DNA of 64,000 bases from Acidimicrobiia bacterium (GTDB lineage Bacteria > Actinomycetota > Acidimicrobiia > Spongiisociales > ZC4RG35). A model generated the notes under the pieces. It saw only the letters and a program-made list of their open reading frames with translations, was not told the DNA's origin and did not search any database. A program made the translations under genes and the position numbers. The stretch covers positions 15,945-79,944 of the forward strand of contig WFOA01000010.1 in assembly GCA_015488325.1 (NCBI GenBank). The letters run 5' to 3'. Shown here piece by piece: positions 27,527-36,530 of this stretch; position 1 is the stretch's first letter, and each line of letters begins with the position of its first letter.

Positions 27527-28869
27527 GACAGCAGATCGTCCTCGGGATCGGCGCCGGGTTGACGGCACTGGTCGCGTTCGTCCTCGCCGCCGGCGCCGTC
27601 CCCCTCCACCTCGTGGTGCTGGCGGTGGCCGGCCTCTCCGTCACCTACCTGGTGGGTCGGGCGATGGCGACGGACTTCGACCGGTCCTGGCTCCCCGGTC
27701 TCCTGGTGGCCGGACTGGCCGCGAAGCTGGTCGGGGCCTGGGTCCGGTACTTCGTCCTCATCGAGGTGTACGGCGGTGTGGGTGACGCCCTCGGATACCA
27801 CAGCCGAGGCCTCCGCCTCGCCGAGATGTTCCGGGCGTTCACGGTCCCCACCTTCGAGGACGCCGGTTTCGGGTCGACCGGCACCCGGTTCGTCTCCTGG
27901 TTCACGGGTCTCGTCTACACGCCGTACCAGCCCGAGCCCCTCGGCGGTTTCTGGCTGTTCTCGCTGATCGCGTTCGCCGGCACGGTTCTCTTCTACGCGG
28001 CGGTGCGACGCAGCCTGCCACCGTCGACGTGGCGGCGGTTCCTCATCATGCTGATGTTCTGGCCGACGCTGCTGTACTGGCCGTCGTCGGTGGGCAAGGA
28101 AGCCCTGATCCTGGGCTTCGGAGGGGTGGTGACCTACGGGGCGGCGCGGCTGTTCGAGCGGTACCGCCTGAGCTGGCTGCTCGTCATCGGCGCGGCGATG
28201 GCCGTCATAGGCATCATCCGGGTCCACGTCGCCGGCCTGTTCGCCGGAGCGATCGTCGTCGGCATGCTCGTCTCCGCCGCACCTCGCGGTGCAGGCCCGA
28301 AGAGTCGCCGCCTCCTCCTCATGGCGGCCGGGTTCGCGGCGCTCATCCCCCTGGCCGCCCTGGTCTCGAGGGAGTTCGGCATCGACCCCAGCGGCCCCCT
28401 CGACCCCTCCGCCCTCGAGCCGGTCCTGTCCGAGGTGGCCCGCACCACCGGCCAGGGAGGCTCGGCGGTGCAGGGCGGGGTGATCCGCTCCATCGCCGAC
28501 GTCCCGGCCGGTGTCCTCAAGGTGTTGTTCCGTCCCCTCCCCTACGAGGCGTCCAACATCCAGATGCTGGCGGCCAGCGTCGAGGGCGTGGCGTTGCTCC
28601 TGTTGATCCTCTCCCGCACCCCGTGGATGATCGGGAACCTGCGTCGGCTGCGCCGCTTCCCGTATCTGATCTTCGCCGCCACGTTCTCGGCCGGTTTCGT
28701 GGTGGCCTGGAGCGCGATCCTCAACCTGGGGATCATCGCCCGCCAGCGGGCCCTCGTCATCCCCTTCGTCCTGACCCTCGTCGCCGGCCTCGGCTGGCCC
28801 CTGGCCGCCGGCGAGGAGCCGGCTTCCGCTGCCGAACCCGACCGGGACGCCGCCCTCAACCCCACTTGA
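27523..28869 (+). CDS. Polytopic membrane protein, candidate Wzy-type polymerase / O-antigen-ligase-like
   Basis: 448 aa with about 10-12 hydrophobic segments and no soluble domain. GTGA overlap with the GNAT stop. The functional call is by context only. Confidence 0.55.
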   Translation: MRQQIVLGIGAGLTALVAFVLAAGAVPLHLVVLAVAGLSVTYLVGRAMATDFDRSWLPGLLVAGLAAKLVGAWVRYFVLIEVYGGVGDALGYHSRGLRLAEMFRAFTVPTFEDAGFGSTGTRFVSWFTGLVYTPYQPEPLGGFWLFSLIAFAGTVLFYAAVRRSLPPSTWRRFLIMLMFWPTLLYWPSSVGKEALILGFGGVVTYGAARLFERYRLSWLLVIGAAMAVIGIIRVHVAGLFAGAIVVGMLVSAAPRGAGPKSRRLLLMAAGFAALIPLAALVSREFGIDPSGPLDPSALEPVLSEVARTTGQGGSAVQGGVIRSIADVPAGVLKVLFRPLPYEASNIQMLAASVEGVALLLLILSRTPWMIGNLRRLRRFPYLIFAATFSAGFVVAWSAILNLGIIARQRALVIPFVLTLVAGLGWPLAAGEEPASAAEPDRDAALNPT

Positions 28870-29794
28870 GCGCGGCCCCCACGGCGCCGACCACCGCCAG
28901 CACCCCGGTGACCGCCGCCGCGCCCACCCCGGCCCACCACCAGGCGGCGACGACCGCGCCACATAGGAGCGCCTGCGCCCCGGCGGCCACGAACACGACC
29001 GTCGGCACGCTCCACCCCCGGTCGGCCAGCCGGTCGTAGAGATGGGACCGGTCCCCTTGGAACAGGGGCATCCCCGCCCTCCGCCGTCGCAGCACCGTCG
29101 AGACGAGGTCGACGAGGAACACGCCGAGCAACGAGCCGCCGGCGACCATCCCGACCACGTCTTCGCCTCCCAGCCGGACACCGGAGGCCACGAGCATCAG
29201 GCCGACCAGGTAGCTGCCGTTGTCCCCGAGGAACACCCGCGCCGGATGCCAGTTGAAGACACCGAACCCGACCAAGGCGGCACCGAGGGCGACTTCGGCA
29301 CCGAGATCCGCTCCCGACGTCGACCCGACCAGCCCCATCGCCACCAGCGTCACCAGGGCCACCGACGCGACCAACCCGTCGAGGCCGTCGAAGAGGTTCA
29401 CGGCGTTGATCCCCACCACCACGCCGGCGGCGACGAGGGCACCGCCGACGGGTCCGACCCCGAGAGCCCAGGCCACGAGCACCCCGGCGACGGCTTCGAC
29501 GGCGAGCCTGAGCACCGGGGGCAGGCCTCTGCGGTCGTCGACCAGCCCCAACGCGACCACCAGCCCTGCCGCGACCATCAGCCTCGGGGAGGGACGTCCG
29601 GTGAGTATCGACGAGACGACGAGGGCGCCGTACAGCCCCACCCCTCCGAGGGGCACCGCCGGGACCGTGTGGACTTTCAGGGCCTCCCCGGGTCGGTCGA
29701 CGATCCCCAGTCGGGGGCCGAGCGCCGGTGCGATCGCCGACCACCCGGCGGAGACGACTGCGGCGGCGAGCCCTCCGGCGATCAGGCCGACCAC
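28856..29794 (-). CDS. Polyprenyl-phosphate N-acetylhexosamine-1-phosphate transferase (WecA/MraY family)
   Basis: GLVDDRRGL, INAVNLFDGLDGL and VFLGDNGSYL are hallmark MraY/WecA motifs. The start is set at in-frame GTG 29794; upstream track-ORF residues are R/G/P-rich junk. Confidence 0.85.
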   Translation of the reverse strand: MVGLIAGGLAAAVVSAGWSAIAPALGPRLGIVDRPGEALKVHTVPAVPLGGVGLYGALVVSSILTGRPSPRLMVAAGLVVALGLVDDRRGLPPVLRLAVEAVAGVLVAWALGVGPVGGALVAAGVVVGINAVNLFDGLDGLVASVALVTLVAMGLVGSTSGADLGAEVALGAALVGFGVFNWHPARVFLGDNGSYLVGLMLVASGVRLGGEDVVGMVAGGSLLGVFLVDLVSTVLRRRRAGMPLFQGDRSHLYDRLADRGWSVPTVVFVAAGAQALLCGAVVAAWWWAGVGAAAVTGVLAVVGAVGAALKWG

Positions 29795-31554
29795 ACCAGC
29801 ACCTCCGAGGTCTCGCCGCGGTGGACTTCGATCGTCCCCACCGGTTCGAACCCCATCTTCCGGTAGGCGGCGATCGCCGCCGAGTTGTCGGCGCCCACGA
29901 CCACCTTCACCTTCCCCACGCGGCTCATCGCGGTGAGGAGCTCCCGTCCCAGAACGGTGCCGATCCCTCGACCGCGCCGATCCGCCACCACCGCCATCGA
30001 CACCAGTTCGGCGTCGACGCCGACGTCGCCGCCTTCGTAACGGAAGGTCTCCCAGGCCCGCCGCAGCATCGTCGGGCGCAGCAACCGAGGTGCGGCCGCC
30101 ACGACCGCCCGGATCCCGAAGCGACGGACGAAGGAACGGTAGAAGGCGCCGATGTCGGCGACGCCGGCGACGAACCCGACCGGCCCGCACTCGTCCTCGG
30201 CGACGAGCACGACGGCGTCTTCGTGTTCCACGAGCGCACGGTAGAGGAGTGTCATGAACCGGCGTCCCAGACGGGGCAGGAAACCGGTGGAGATCGCTTG
30301 CGCGTGCAGGACGGCCAGGAAACGGGTGTCCCCTTCGTCGGCCCGCCGGACCCGGACCTCGCCGGAAGGTCCGTCGCCGAGGGCGGCCGCCAGCCGGTCC
30401 AGGCCTTTGGTGAGGGCGAGCTCCCGATAGGTGGAGAGGACGATCTCGACGACCCTGTCCTCGTCGAAGAGCCGTCTGGCCCGTTCGCGCCCGGCCCGGC
30501 CCATCCGAGAGGCCAGCTCCGGGTCGTCCCCGATGGTCCGGATCGCCCGGGCCAGGGACCGGGCGTCGGAGACGGGGACGAGGAGGCCGTTCTCGCCGTC
30601 GGCGACGACCTCCCGGCATCCCCGGATGTCGGTGGCGACGATGGGCAGGCCCATGGCGGCAGCCTCCATCGCCGCCCGGGGGAAGCCTTCACGGTGCGAC
30701 GGGAGCACGAACACGTCCATCGTCGGGTAGAGGGCATCGACGTCGGTGCGCATCCCCAGGAACCGGACGCCGTTCGCCTTCGCCCGTTCGATCATCGCGT
30801 CGCCGAGGTCGTCCGCCTTTTCGGGGTCCCGGGGCCCGATGCAGACCACCACGTACCGGTCGTCGAGGAGTCGGGCGGCCTCGAAGAGCTCCGGGTAGCC
30901 CTTCTCCGCCACCATCCGCCCCACCATGCCCACCACCACCGCGTCCGACGGGATGCCGAGCTCGGCACGCATCCGATCCCGATGGGACCGGTCGTACCGG
31001 GCGGGATCGAACCGGGCGAGGTCGACACCGTTGCCGAGATGCCGTGTCCGAGCCCGGGGTGCGAGACGCAGCCTGTGGGCCAGTTCGAGATCCTCCGCGC
31101 TCTGATAGAGCTCGGCGTCGGAGAACCGGGAGGCGACGAACTCCAGGGCGTAGACGACCAGGCGTTTCAGCGGTGGATCGTCGGGGGCCGCGTAGAAGCC
31201 GTGCACCGTGTTGACGACGACGGGCACGCCGGCCACACGGCCGAGGATCCGACCGTAGACGCCGGGTTTGGGGTTGTGGGTGTGCAGCACGTCCGGTCGG
31301 AGCCGCCTCAGCACCCTCCAGAGCTGGGCGGCTGCCCGCAGGTCGGCGCCGAGGCTCATCCCACGTGTCGACGCCGACAGTGCCACATGTTCGATGCCTG
31401 CCGCCTCCAGCTCGGCCACCCAGGGGCCGGGAGAGGAGATCCCCACCGACCGGATGTCCCTCTGGAGGGGTGCGAGGAGCTGGGGGAACACCAGGTAGCG
31501 GAGGGACAGGTCCACCGTCGTCAGGTGGGCGATCACCGGGCGCCGATCAGCCAT
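29782..31554 (-). CDS. Bifunctional fusion: GT4 glycosyltransferase (N) plus GNAT acetyltransferase (C)
   Basis: N-terminal half: VIAHLTTVDLSL...VLPSHREGFPRAAMEAAAMGLPIVATDIRG (E-x7-E). C-terminal ~190 aa: ...LVSMAVVADRRGRGIGTVLGRELL...AAIAAYRKMGFE (GNAT motif A/B). Confidence 0.85.
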   Translation of the reverse strand: MADRRPVIAHLTTVDLSLRYLVFPQLLAPLQRDIRSVGISSPGPWVAELEAAGIEHVALSASTRGMSLGADLRAAAQLWRVLRRLRPDVLHTHNPKPGVYGRILGRVAGVPVVVNTVHGFYAAPDDPPLKRLVVYALEFVASRFSDAELYQSAEDLELAHRLRLAPRARTRHLGNGVDLARFDPARYDRSHRDRMRAELGIPSDAVVVGMVGRMVAEKGYPELFEAARLLDDRYVVVCIGPRDPEKADDLGDAMIERAKANGVRFLGMRTDVDALYPTMDVFVLPSHREGFPRAAMEAAAMGLPIVATDIRGCREVVADGENGLLVPVSDARSLARAIRTIGDDPELASRMGRAGRERARRLFDEDRVVEIVLSTYRELALTKGLDRLAAALGDGPSGEVRVRRADEGDTRFLAVLHAQAISTGFLPRLGRRFMTLLYRALVEHEDAVVLVAEDECGPVGFVAGVADIGAFYRSFVRRFGIRAVVAAAPRLLRPTMLRRAWETFRYEGGDVGVDAELVSMAVVADRRGRGIGTVLGRELLTAMSRVGKVKVVVGADNSAAIAAYRKMGFEPVGTIEVHRGETSEVLVWSA

Positions 31555-33658
31555 CGATCGTGCTCCTCAGGACCTGCTCGTACCGGTCGATGCTCGCACC
31601 CATCGTGTACCTGCGGGCCAGCTCCCGGGCGGCGGCACCCATCCGGCGGCGACGCTCGGGATCCGCGGCGAGGTTCTTCAGGGCGGCGGCGGCACCTTCG
31701 ACGTCCCCGGGCCGGACCAGGATCCCCGTCGTACCGTCGGTCACCACTTCGGGGGTGCCTCCCACCCGGGTCGCCACCACCGGACGTCCCGCCGCCGCGG
31801 CCTCCAGCACGACGCCGGGGAGCCCTTCGGTGCGGGAGGTGGACAACAGCACGTCCGCCCATCCGAACAGCTCTTCCATCTCCGCCGCCGAACCGAGGAC
31901 CTCGATCCGGGGACCCGCCGCCGCCTCGACTTCGGTGCGCAACGGGCCGTCACCGGCGATCTTCGCCCACACGTCGGCGTCGGCCGCGGCGAGGTTGATC
32001 GCCTGCACCGCCGTCAGCGGGTCCTTCTCCGTGGACAGGGCGCCGGCCACCAGCACCCGCAGCTCGGGGTGCGGGAGGGGCGGGTCCAGCTCGAACCAGT
32101 GGTCGGGCACGCCGGTGGGCGCGACCGTGACCCGGTCGGGGGCCACACCCATCGAGTCGATGAGCTGGCTGCGGGTGGCCTCCGACACGGCGGTGATCCG
32201 GTCGCAACGTCCGAGGAGGTACCGCTGGATCCGAGCGTGCCACGGGCCCCGCACCCAGTACCGGGGTTCACCGATCGACGAGTAGACGACGCGGGGACGC
32301 CCGGGCATGAACCTGGTGGCGGCGACGACGGTCCGCAGGGTGGCTCCTCCGTTGGCCAGGACGACGTCGGGCCGGCGCCGCCGGAGGAGCCTGCGCAACA
32401 GCCGTGGCAGCGCCACGTCGGAGACGTCGGCTCCCCCGACGGCGTCGTCCACCTGGACCCGGGGGTCGGATCCGCCGGCTCTGAGGGCCACCAGGCTCGC
32501 CTTCCATCCCCGTGCCCGCAGGCCCTCGACGAGACGTTCACCGAACACTTCGGCGCCGCGTCGCCGATCGGAGCTGACCAGCACCATCACCGACCCGAAC
32601 CGGTCCCCCTTCGAGGCGACGACCCGCCGACGCCAGCGCGGGTAGGCGCGGGGGGCCCGCAGCGCCAGCACCGCCCGGTCGAGCCGTCGGTCGGCGTGGA
32701 GGGTGACCGCCAGGTTGAGGAGATGGGGCCTCTTCCCGTCGAACCGCACCAGGTCGGTGCGGGGGAGCAACTCCCGGGCGACCCGGAGGGGGAGACCGCC
32801 GGTGGAGGTCTCCGCCAACACCTCCCCGGGTACGGCGGCTCCCAGGGCGGAGGCGACGCTCCAGGCCAGATGCCCGAACCCGGCCAGGCCGTGGTCGTGG
32901 GCGAAGCGGACCGCCGTCTCCCAGTCGAGGCCGTGCCGGGCGACTTCGACGAGGTCACGGAACAGCACCAGCCGGAACCGATGATCCAAGAGGGCGTGGG
33001 TACACAGGAACGCCGCCACGACCTCGTCGGGCAGCAGCCACCCGAGGTGGGTCTGGTCCGGCTCGGGGGGACGTGCCCGCTCCCACGCCTGCTCGGTCGC
33101 TCCGGCGGCGCGGCCGCGGAGTTGACGGTACGAGAAGAGGTCCCAGTGCAGGTCGACGTTGAAGACCACCCCGGAGGGGTCGCGGAACGGGATGTCCCGT
33201 TTGTCGGCTCTCGGTCGCTTCGGTGGAATCCCCAGACATTCGGGGTCGGAGGCGACGATCTCAAGGGTGCGACCGAGTTCGGCGGACGGGACGACCAGAT
33301 CGAGGTCGGTGAAGATCCGCTGGCCCGGGGTCGGGTAGAGCCGGTCCGCCAGCGCGGGCCCCTTCACCACCGCCGCTCGGATGCCGGCGGCGGCGAGGCG
33401 TTCCATGAGGCGACGGAGGCTGCGGCGCATCACGATGCCCAGGGCGACCGCCCGGGTCTGCACGGTGGACAGCTCGTGGCGATCGACGACGTCGCCGGGG
33501 GTGAGCAGGCCGACCAGACCGTGGCTACAGGCGAGTTCGAAGACGGCGCCGTCGACCGACCCGGCCGGGCGTTCCCATCCTGCCGCCACCGCCGCCAGCA
33601 CCCGTTCGGCGGGATCGGCCGCGAACAGCCATCCTTCGTTCGGTTCGGTGCCCCTCAC
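31547..33658 (-). CDS. Fusion: uncharacterised nucleotidyltransferase-family domain (NTP_transf_5-like, N) plus GT4 glycosyltransferase (C)
   Basis: N-terminus: ...IRAAVVKGPALADRLYPTPGQRIFTDLDLVV...FNVDLHWDLF. C-terminus: ...LLSTSRTEGLPGVVLEAAAAGRPVVATRVGG (E-x7-E). Confidence 0.75.
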   Translation of the reverse strand: MRGTEPNEGWLFAADPAERVLAAVAAGWERPAGSVDGAVFELACSHGLVGLLTPGDVVDRHELSTVQTRAVALGIVMRRSLRRLMERLAAAGIRAAVVKGPALADRLYPTPGQRIFTDLDLVVPSAELGRTLEIVASDPECLGIPPKRPRADKRDIPFRDPSGVVFNVDLHWDLFSYRQLRGRAAGATEQAWERARPPEPDQTHLGWLLPDEVVAAFLCTHALLDHRFRLVLFRDLVEVARHGLDWETAVRFAHDHGLAGFGHLAWSVASALGAAVPGEVLAETSTGGLPLRVARELLPRTDLVRFDGKRPHLLNLAVTLHADRRLDRAVLALRAPRAYPRWRRRVVASKGDRFGSVMVLVSSDRRRGAEVFGERLVEGLRARGWKASLVALRAGGSDPRVQVDDAVGGADVSDVALPRLLRRLLRRRRPDVVLANGGATLRTVVAATRFMPGRPRVVYSSIGEPRYWVRGPWHARIQRYLLGRCDRITAVSEATRSQLIDSMGVAPDRVTVAPTGVPDHWFELDPPLPHPELRVLVAGALSTEKDPLTAVQAINLAAADADVWAKIAGDGPLRTEVEAAAGPRIEVLGSAAEMEELFGWADVLLSTSRTEGLPGVVLEAAAAGRPVVATRVGGTPEVVTDGTTGILVRPGDVEGAAAALKNLAADPERRRRMGAAARELARRYTMGASIDRYEQVLRSTIDG

Positions 33659-33812
33659 CCCGGCCTTCCCTCGTCTCGATGCCTGCCGGGGCGAACGATG
33701 GCGTCACCCGCCCCGGTGCCTCCTTAGAGTACCGGCGGGCAGCCGGCCCGAAAGGGGGTACCGGGCGGCCGCCGCCCAGACGACCAGCGGACGACCAGGA
33801 GGATCCCAGCCC

Positions 33813-34409
33813 GTGACGACCCTCACCGCCGCCGACGGGACGGTGTTGGAGGCCCGATGGGACGGCCCCGCAGACGCCGGGATGGCGGTTGTGTTCTGCC
33901 ATCCCCATCCCGGTTACGGGGGGACCATGACCGCCCCCCTCATGAACGGTGTCACCGACGGGCTCACGGCGAGGGGTTTCGCCGTCCTCCGCTTCAACTT
34001 CCGTGGTGTCGGCGAGTCGGGCGGGCACCACGACGACGGCGAAGGAGAGGTCGCCGACGTCGCCGCGGCGGTCGCCGCCGCCGAGGCCCGCCACCCCCGG
34101 GTCTCGGTGTGCGGCTGGTCCTTCGGGGCGGCGATGGCCCTGGGTTGGATGGCCCGGTCCCGACGGGCTCTCCCCTTCGTCGGGATCGCCCCGCCCCCTC
34201 AGCTCTGCCCTCCGCCCGACGAGGTACCGCCCGGTCCGAAGCTCATCGTCGTCGGCGACCGTGAACAGGTGATCGACCTCGACGCCCTCCGCGCCTACGC
34301 CGCCGCCATCGGGGCGACGGTCGAGACGCTCGTCGGCTCGGACCATTTCTTCGTGTTCCGCCACACCCAGGTGGCGGAGATGGTGGCCGGTTTCCTCAGC
34401 GCGGAGTGA
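33813..34409 (+). CDS. Alpha/beta hydrolase (COG2945-like)
   Basis: GTG 33813 with AGGAGG 11 nt upstream. AVVFCHPHPGYGGTM...RFNFRGVGESGG...VCGWSFGA (nucleophile elbow GxSxG). Confidence 0.75.
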   Translation: MTTLTAADGTVLEARWDGPADAGMAVVFCHPHPGYGGTMTAPLMNGVTDGLTARGFAVLRFNFRGVGESGGHHDDGEGEVADVAAAVAAAEARHPRVSVCGWSFGAAMALGWMARSRRALPFVGIAPPPQLCPPPDEVPPGPKLIVVGDREQVIDLDALRAYAAAIGATVETLVGSDHFFVFRHTQVAEMVAGFLSAE

Positions 34410-34599
34410 ATCCGCGGTTTCGAGCCTCGGCGAGCTCGTCCGGTCCGAAGGACGCCAACAGGTTCCGCCCGAGCAGGTCGTCGGCTTCCACCCTGGCCTC
34501 GAGCAGCTCGTACTGTCGGGGATCGTCGGTGTCATAGACCACCATGTCGTCGCGGGTTCCCACGTAGCGGTGGTGCTCGAACCTCCGCAGCCGGGGCAT
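34396..34599 (-). CDS. Small hypothetical protein (67 aa)
   Basis: MPRLRRFEHHRYVGTRDDMVVYDTDDPRQYELLEARVEADDLLGRNLLASFGPDELAEARNRGFTPR. The ATG shares 1 nt with the upstream TGA (TGATG). Protein-like composition, unlike the upstream part of the 170-aa track ORF. Confidence 0.55.
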   Translation of the reverse strand: MPRLRRFEHHRYVGTRDDMVVYDTDDPRQYELLEARVEADDLLGRNLLASFGPDELAEARNRGFTPR

Positions 34600-34901
34600 C
34601 ACTCCTCCCCTCCCCGACCGGTCGGCACCTCGGCTCCGCAGTTCGGGCAGGTGGCGACGGCGATGTCGCCGACGATGAAACGGAACTCGCATTCGGGACA
34701 CTGCACCCGGGGCGATGGCGGTTCGGGCCGCGGAGGAGGCGGAGGCGACGTGTATCCCGGGGGTGCCCCGGCCGCCTGGCCCGGTCCGGGCCGAGCTCCG
34801 GCGGCCCTCACCGCGTTCACCGACCCGCAGGCCGGACAGGAGAACTTCCCGGGACCGGGCACCTCGAACTGCGTGTGGCATGCTCCGCACCGTACGATCA
34901 T
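34599..34901 (-). CDS. Double zinc-ribbon protein (MJ0042-type N-terminal finger, Pro-rich linker, second CxxC...CxxC ribbon)
   Basis: MIVRCGACHTQFEV...FSCPACG, then a PPPPPRPEPP linker, then VQCPECEFRF...ATCPNCG. Confidence 0.7.
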   Translation of the reverse strand: MIVRCGACHTQFEVPGPGKFSCPACGSVNAVRAAGARPGPGQAAGAPPGYTSPPPPPRPEPPSPRVQCPECEFRFIVGDIAVATCPNCGAEVPTGRGGEE

Positions 34902-35338
34902 CCTTCACCTCCCACCGGCTCGCCGACCGCCCCGATCGCCGCCAGATACTCGGCCTCCAGGGCCAGCACGGCGACGACGTCGTCCCGAGGGTAGGAGACG
35001 CCGTGACGGAGGGCGATCTGGTCCATGATGTACTCGACGGCCGCCGGGGCGCCGCCGGCCGTGACCTCCACCGGGGTGCGTCGACGCCTCTGGGCGAGCC
35101 CCTGGAGGTAGTAGACCTCCCATTCGATGATCCGGCGGATGTCGGAACGTCTGAGACGTGCCGCCAGCTCGGAGTCGAGCCGCTCGTGGATGAAGGCGAC
35201 GGCGTCTTCCACGACGTACACGGGTTCGATCGGACCCGAACTGCGACGTTTGGCCTCCTGGTAGACGAGGGCGGCGACGATGAAGAAGAAGATCGCCGCC
35301 AACAGACCGGCGAGGGCGACGGTGGTGACCCCGGACAT
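34898..35338 (-). CDS. N-terminally membrane-anchored hypothetical protein (146 aa)
   Basis: One TM segment (VALAGLLAAIFFFIVAALVY) followed by a soluble ~115-aa domain. ATGA overlap with the zinc-ribbon gene. Confidence 0.6.
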   Translation of the reverse strand: MSGVTTVALAGLLAAIFFFIVAALVYQEAKRRSSGPIEPVYVVEDAVAFIHERLDSELAARLRRSDIRRIIEWEVYYLQGLAQRRRRTPVEVTAGGAPAAVEYIMDQIALRHGVSYPRDDVVAVLALEAEYLAAIGAVGEPVGGEG

Positions 35339-35370
35339 GGTCTGAACTGTAGATGTCTTCCGGCCGGATC

Positions 35371-36480
35371 TCAGAGCCCGATCCGGTCGGCCAGGAGCCG
35401 CCGATGGTGGGCGGGGTCCCCGAACATGAGCTGGGTGCTCTTGGCCCGGCGAAAGTACAGGTGGGCGTCGTGTTCCCAGGTGAAGCCGATGCCGCCGTGG
35501 ACCTGGATGTTCTCACCGGCGCAGAACAGGGCCGCTTCGGAACAGTACGACTTGGCGAGGGGGGCGAGCTCGTCGAGTTCGTCGTCGCCTGCCGCCAGGG
35601 CGACGGCGGCCGCGGAGGCGGCGGCGCGGGCCGACTCGGCCTGGACCAGCATGTCGGCGCAGGTGTGCTTCACCGCCTGGAAGGACCCGATCGGCCGCCC
35701 GAACTGGTGTCGTTCTTTGGCGTAGGACACCGCCATGTCGAGGCAGCGTTCGGCGAGGCCGACCTGTTCGGCGGCGAGGGCCACCGACCCGACCTTCACC
35801 GCCCGTTCCAACAGGTCCTCACCGGCCGCCGGGAGCCGGGCGTCGTCGGGGACCTCCACCCCGTCGAAGCGGACATCGGCGAGGGCCCGGGTGAGGTCGA
35901 GGGCGTCGAGACGGCGGCGTTCGGCCGCCGCAGCCGGGACGACGAACCACGAGACCCCGTCGCCGGTCCGGGCCGCCACCAGGTAGTCGTCCGCCACGTG
36001 CCCGTGGGCGACGTAGCGCTTCGTCCCGGTGATGACCCATCCGTCGTCGGCGGCGACGGCTTCGGTGGCGACACCTGCGGGTTCCCACTCCCCCGTCGTC
36101 TCGGTGACGGCGGGAACGACGATCCGTGTCCCGTCGGCGATGCCGGGGAGCAGGGATTCCTTGTGGGCGTCGGAACCGCCGGTGAGCAGAAGGTCGGCGG
36201 CGAGTACCGCCGAGAACAGGTAGGGGGTCGGGTCGAGGGCACGACCCATCTCTTCGATCAGCACCGCCGCTTCGAGGTGTCCGAACCCCGCCCCTCCGTA
36301 CTCCTCGGGGATCAGCATCGCCTGCCATCCCATGGCAGCCATCTCGTCCCAGTGGGCGCGGTCGAACCCTTCGGGGAGGTCGATGACCCGCCGCAGCTCC
36401 GCGGAGGGGAGGCGTTCGGAGAACCAGCGCCGGGCGACGCGCGCCAGTTCCTGTTGTTCCTCGCCGAAGGCGACTCCCAT
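35371..36480 (-). CDS. Acyl-CoA dehydrogenase
   Basis: ATG 36480 (GGAAGGAG upstream). ...ERHQFGRPIGSFQAVKH.CADM... and ...IQVHGGIGFTWEHD.HLYFRRA are ACAD C-terminal signatures. Confidence 0.9.
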   Translation of the reverse strand: MGVAFGEEQQELARVARRWFSERLPSAELRRVIDLPEGFDRAHWDEMAAMGWQAMLIPEEYGGAGFGHLEAAVLIEEMGRALDPTPYLFSAVLAADLLLTGGSDAHKESLLPGIADGTRIVVPAVTETTGEWEPAGVATEAVAADDGWVITGTKRYVAHGHVADDYLVAARTGDGVSWFVVPAAAAERRRLDALDLTRALADVRFDGVEVPDDARLPAAGEDLLERAVKVGSVALAAEQVGLAERCLDMAVSYAKERHQFGRPIGSFQAVKHTCADMLVQAESARAAASAAAVALAAGDDELDELAPLAKSYCSEAALFCAGENIQVHGGIGFTWEHDAHLYFRRAKSTQLMFGDPAHHRRLLADRIGL

Positions 36481-36530
36481 GTCGGCTCCTTCCCCGGGGC
36501 CAGCACAGGTTAGCGGTCGTTCACCGCCCT

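Noticed and set aside
33659-33812. Near-direct repeats GTACCGGCGGGC / GTACCGGGCGGC in the divergent region upstream of the hydrolase gene
   Set aside because: They are imperfect, GC-rich and unphased, and cannot be distinguished from background.
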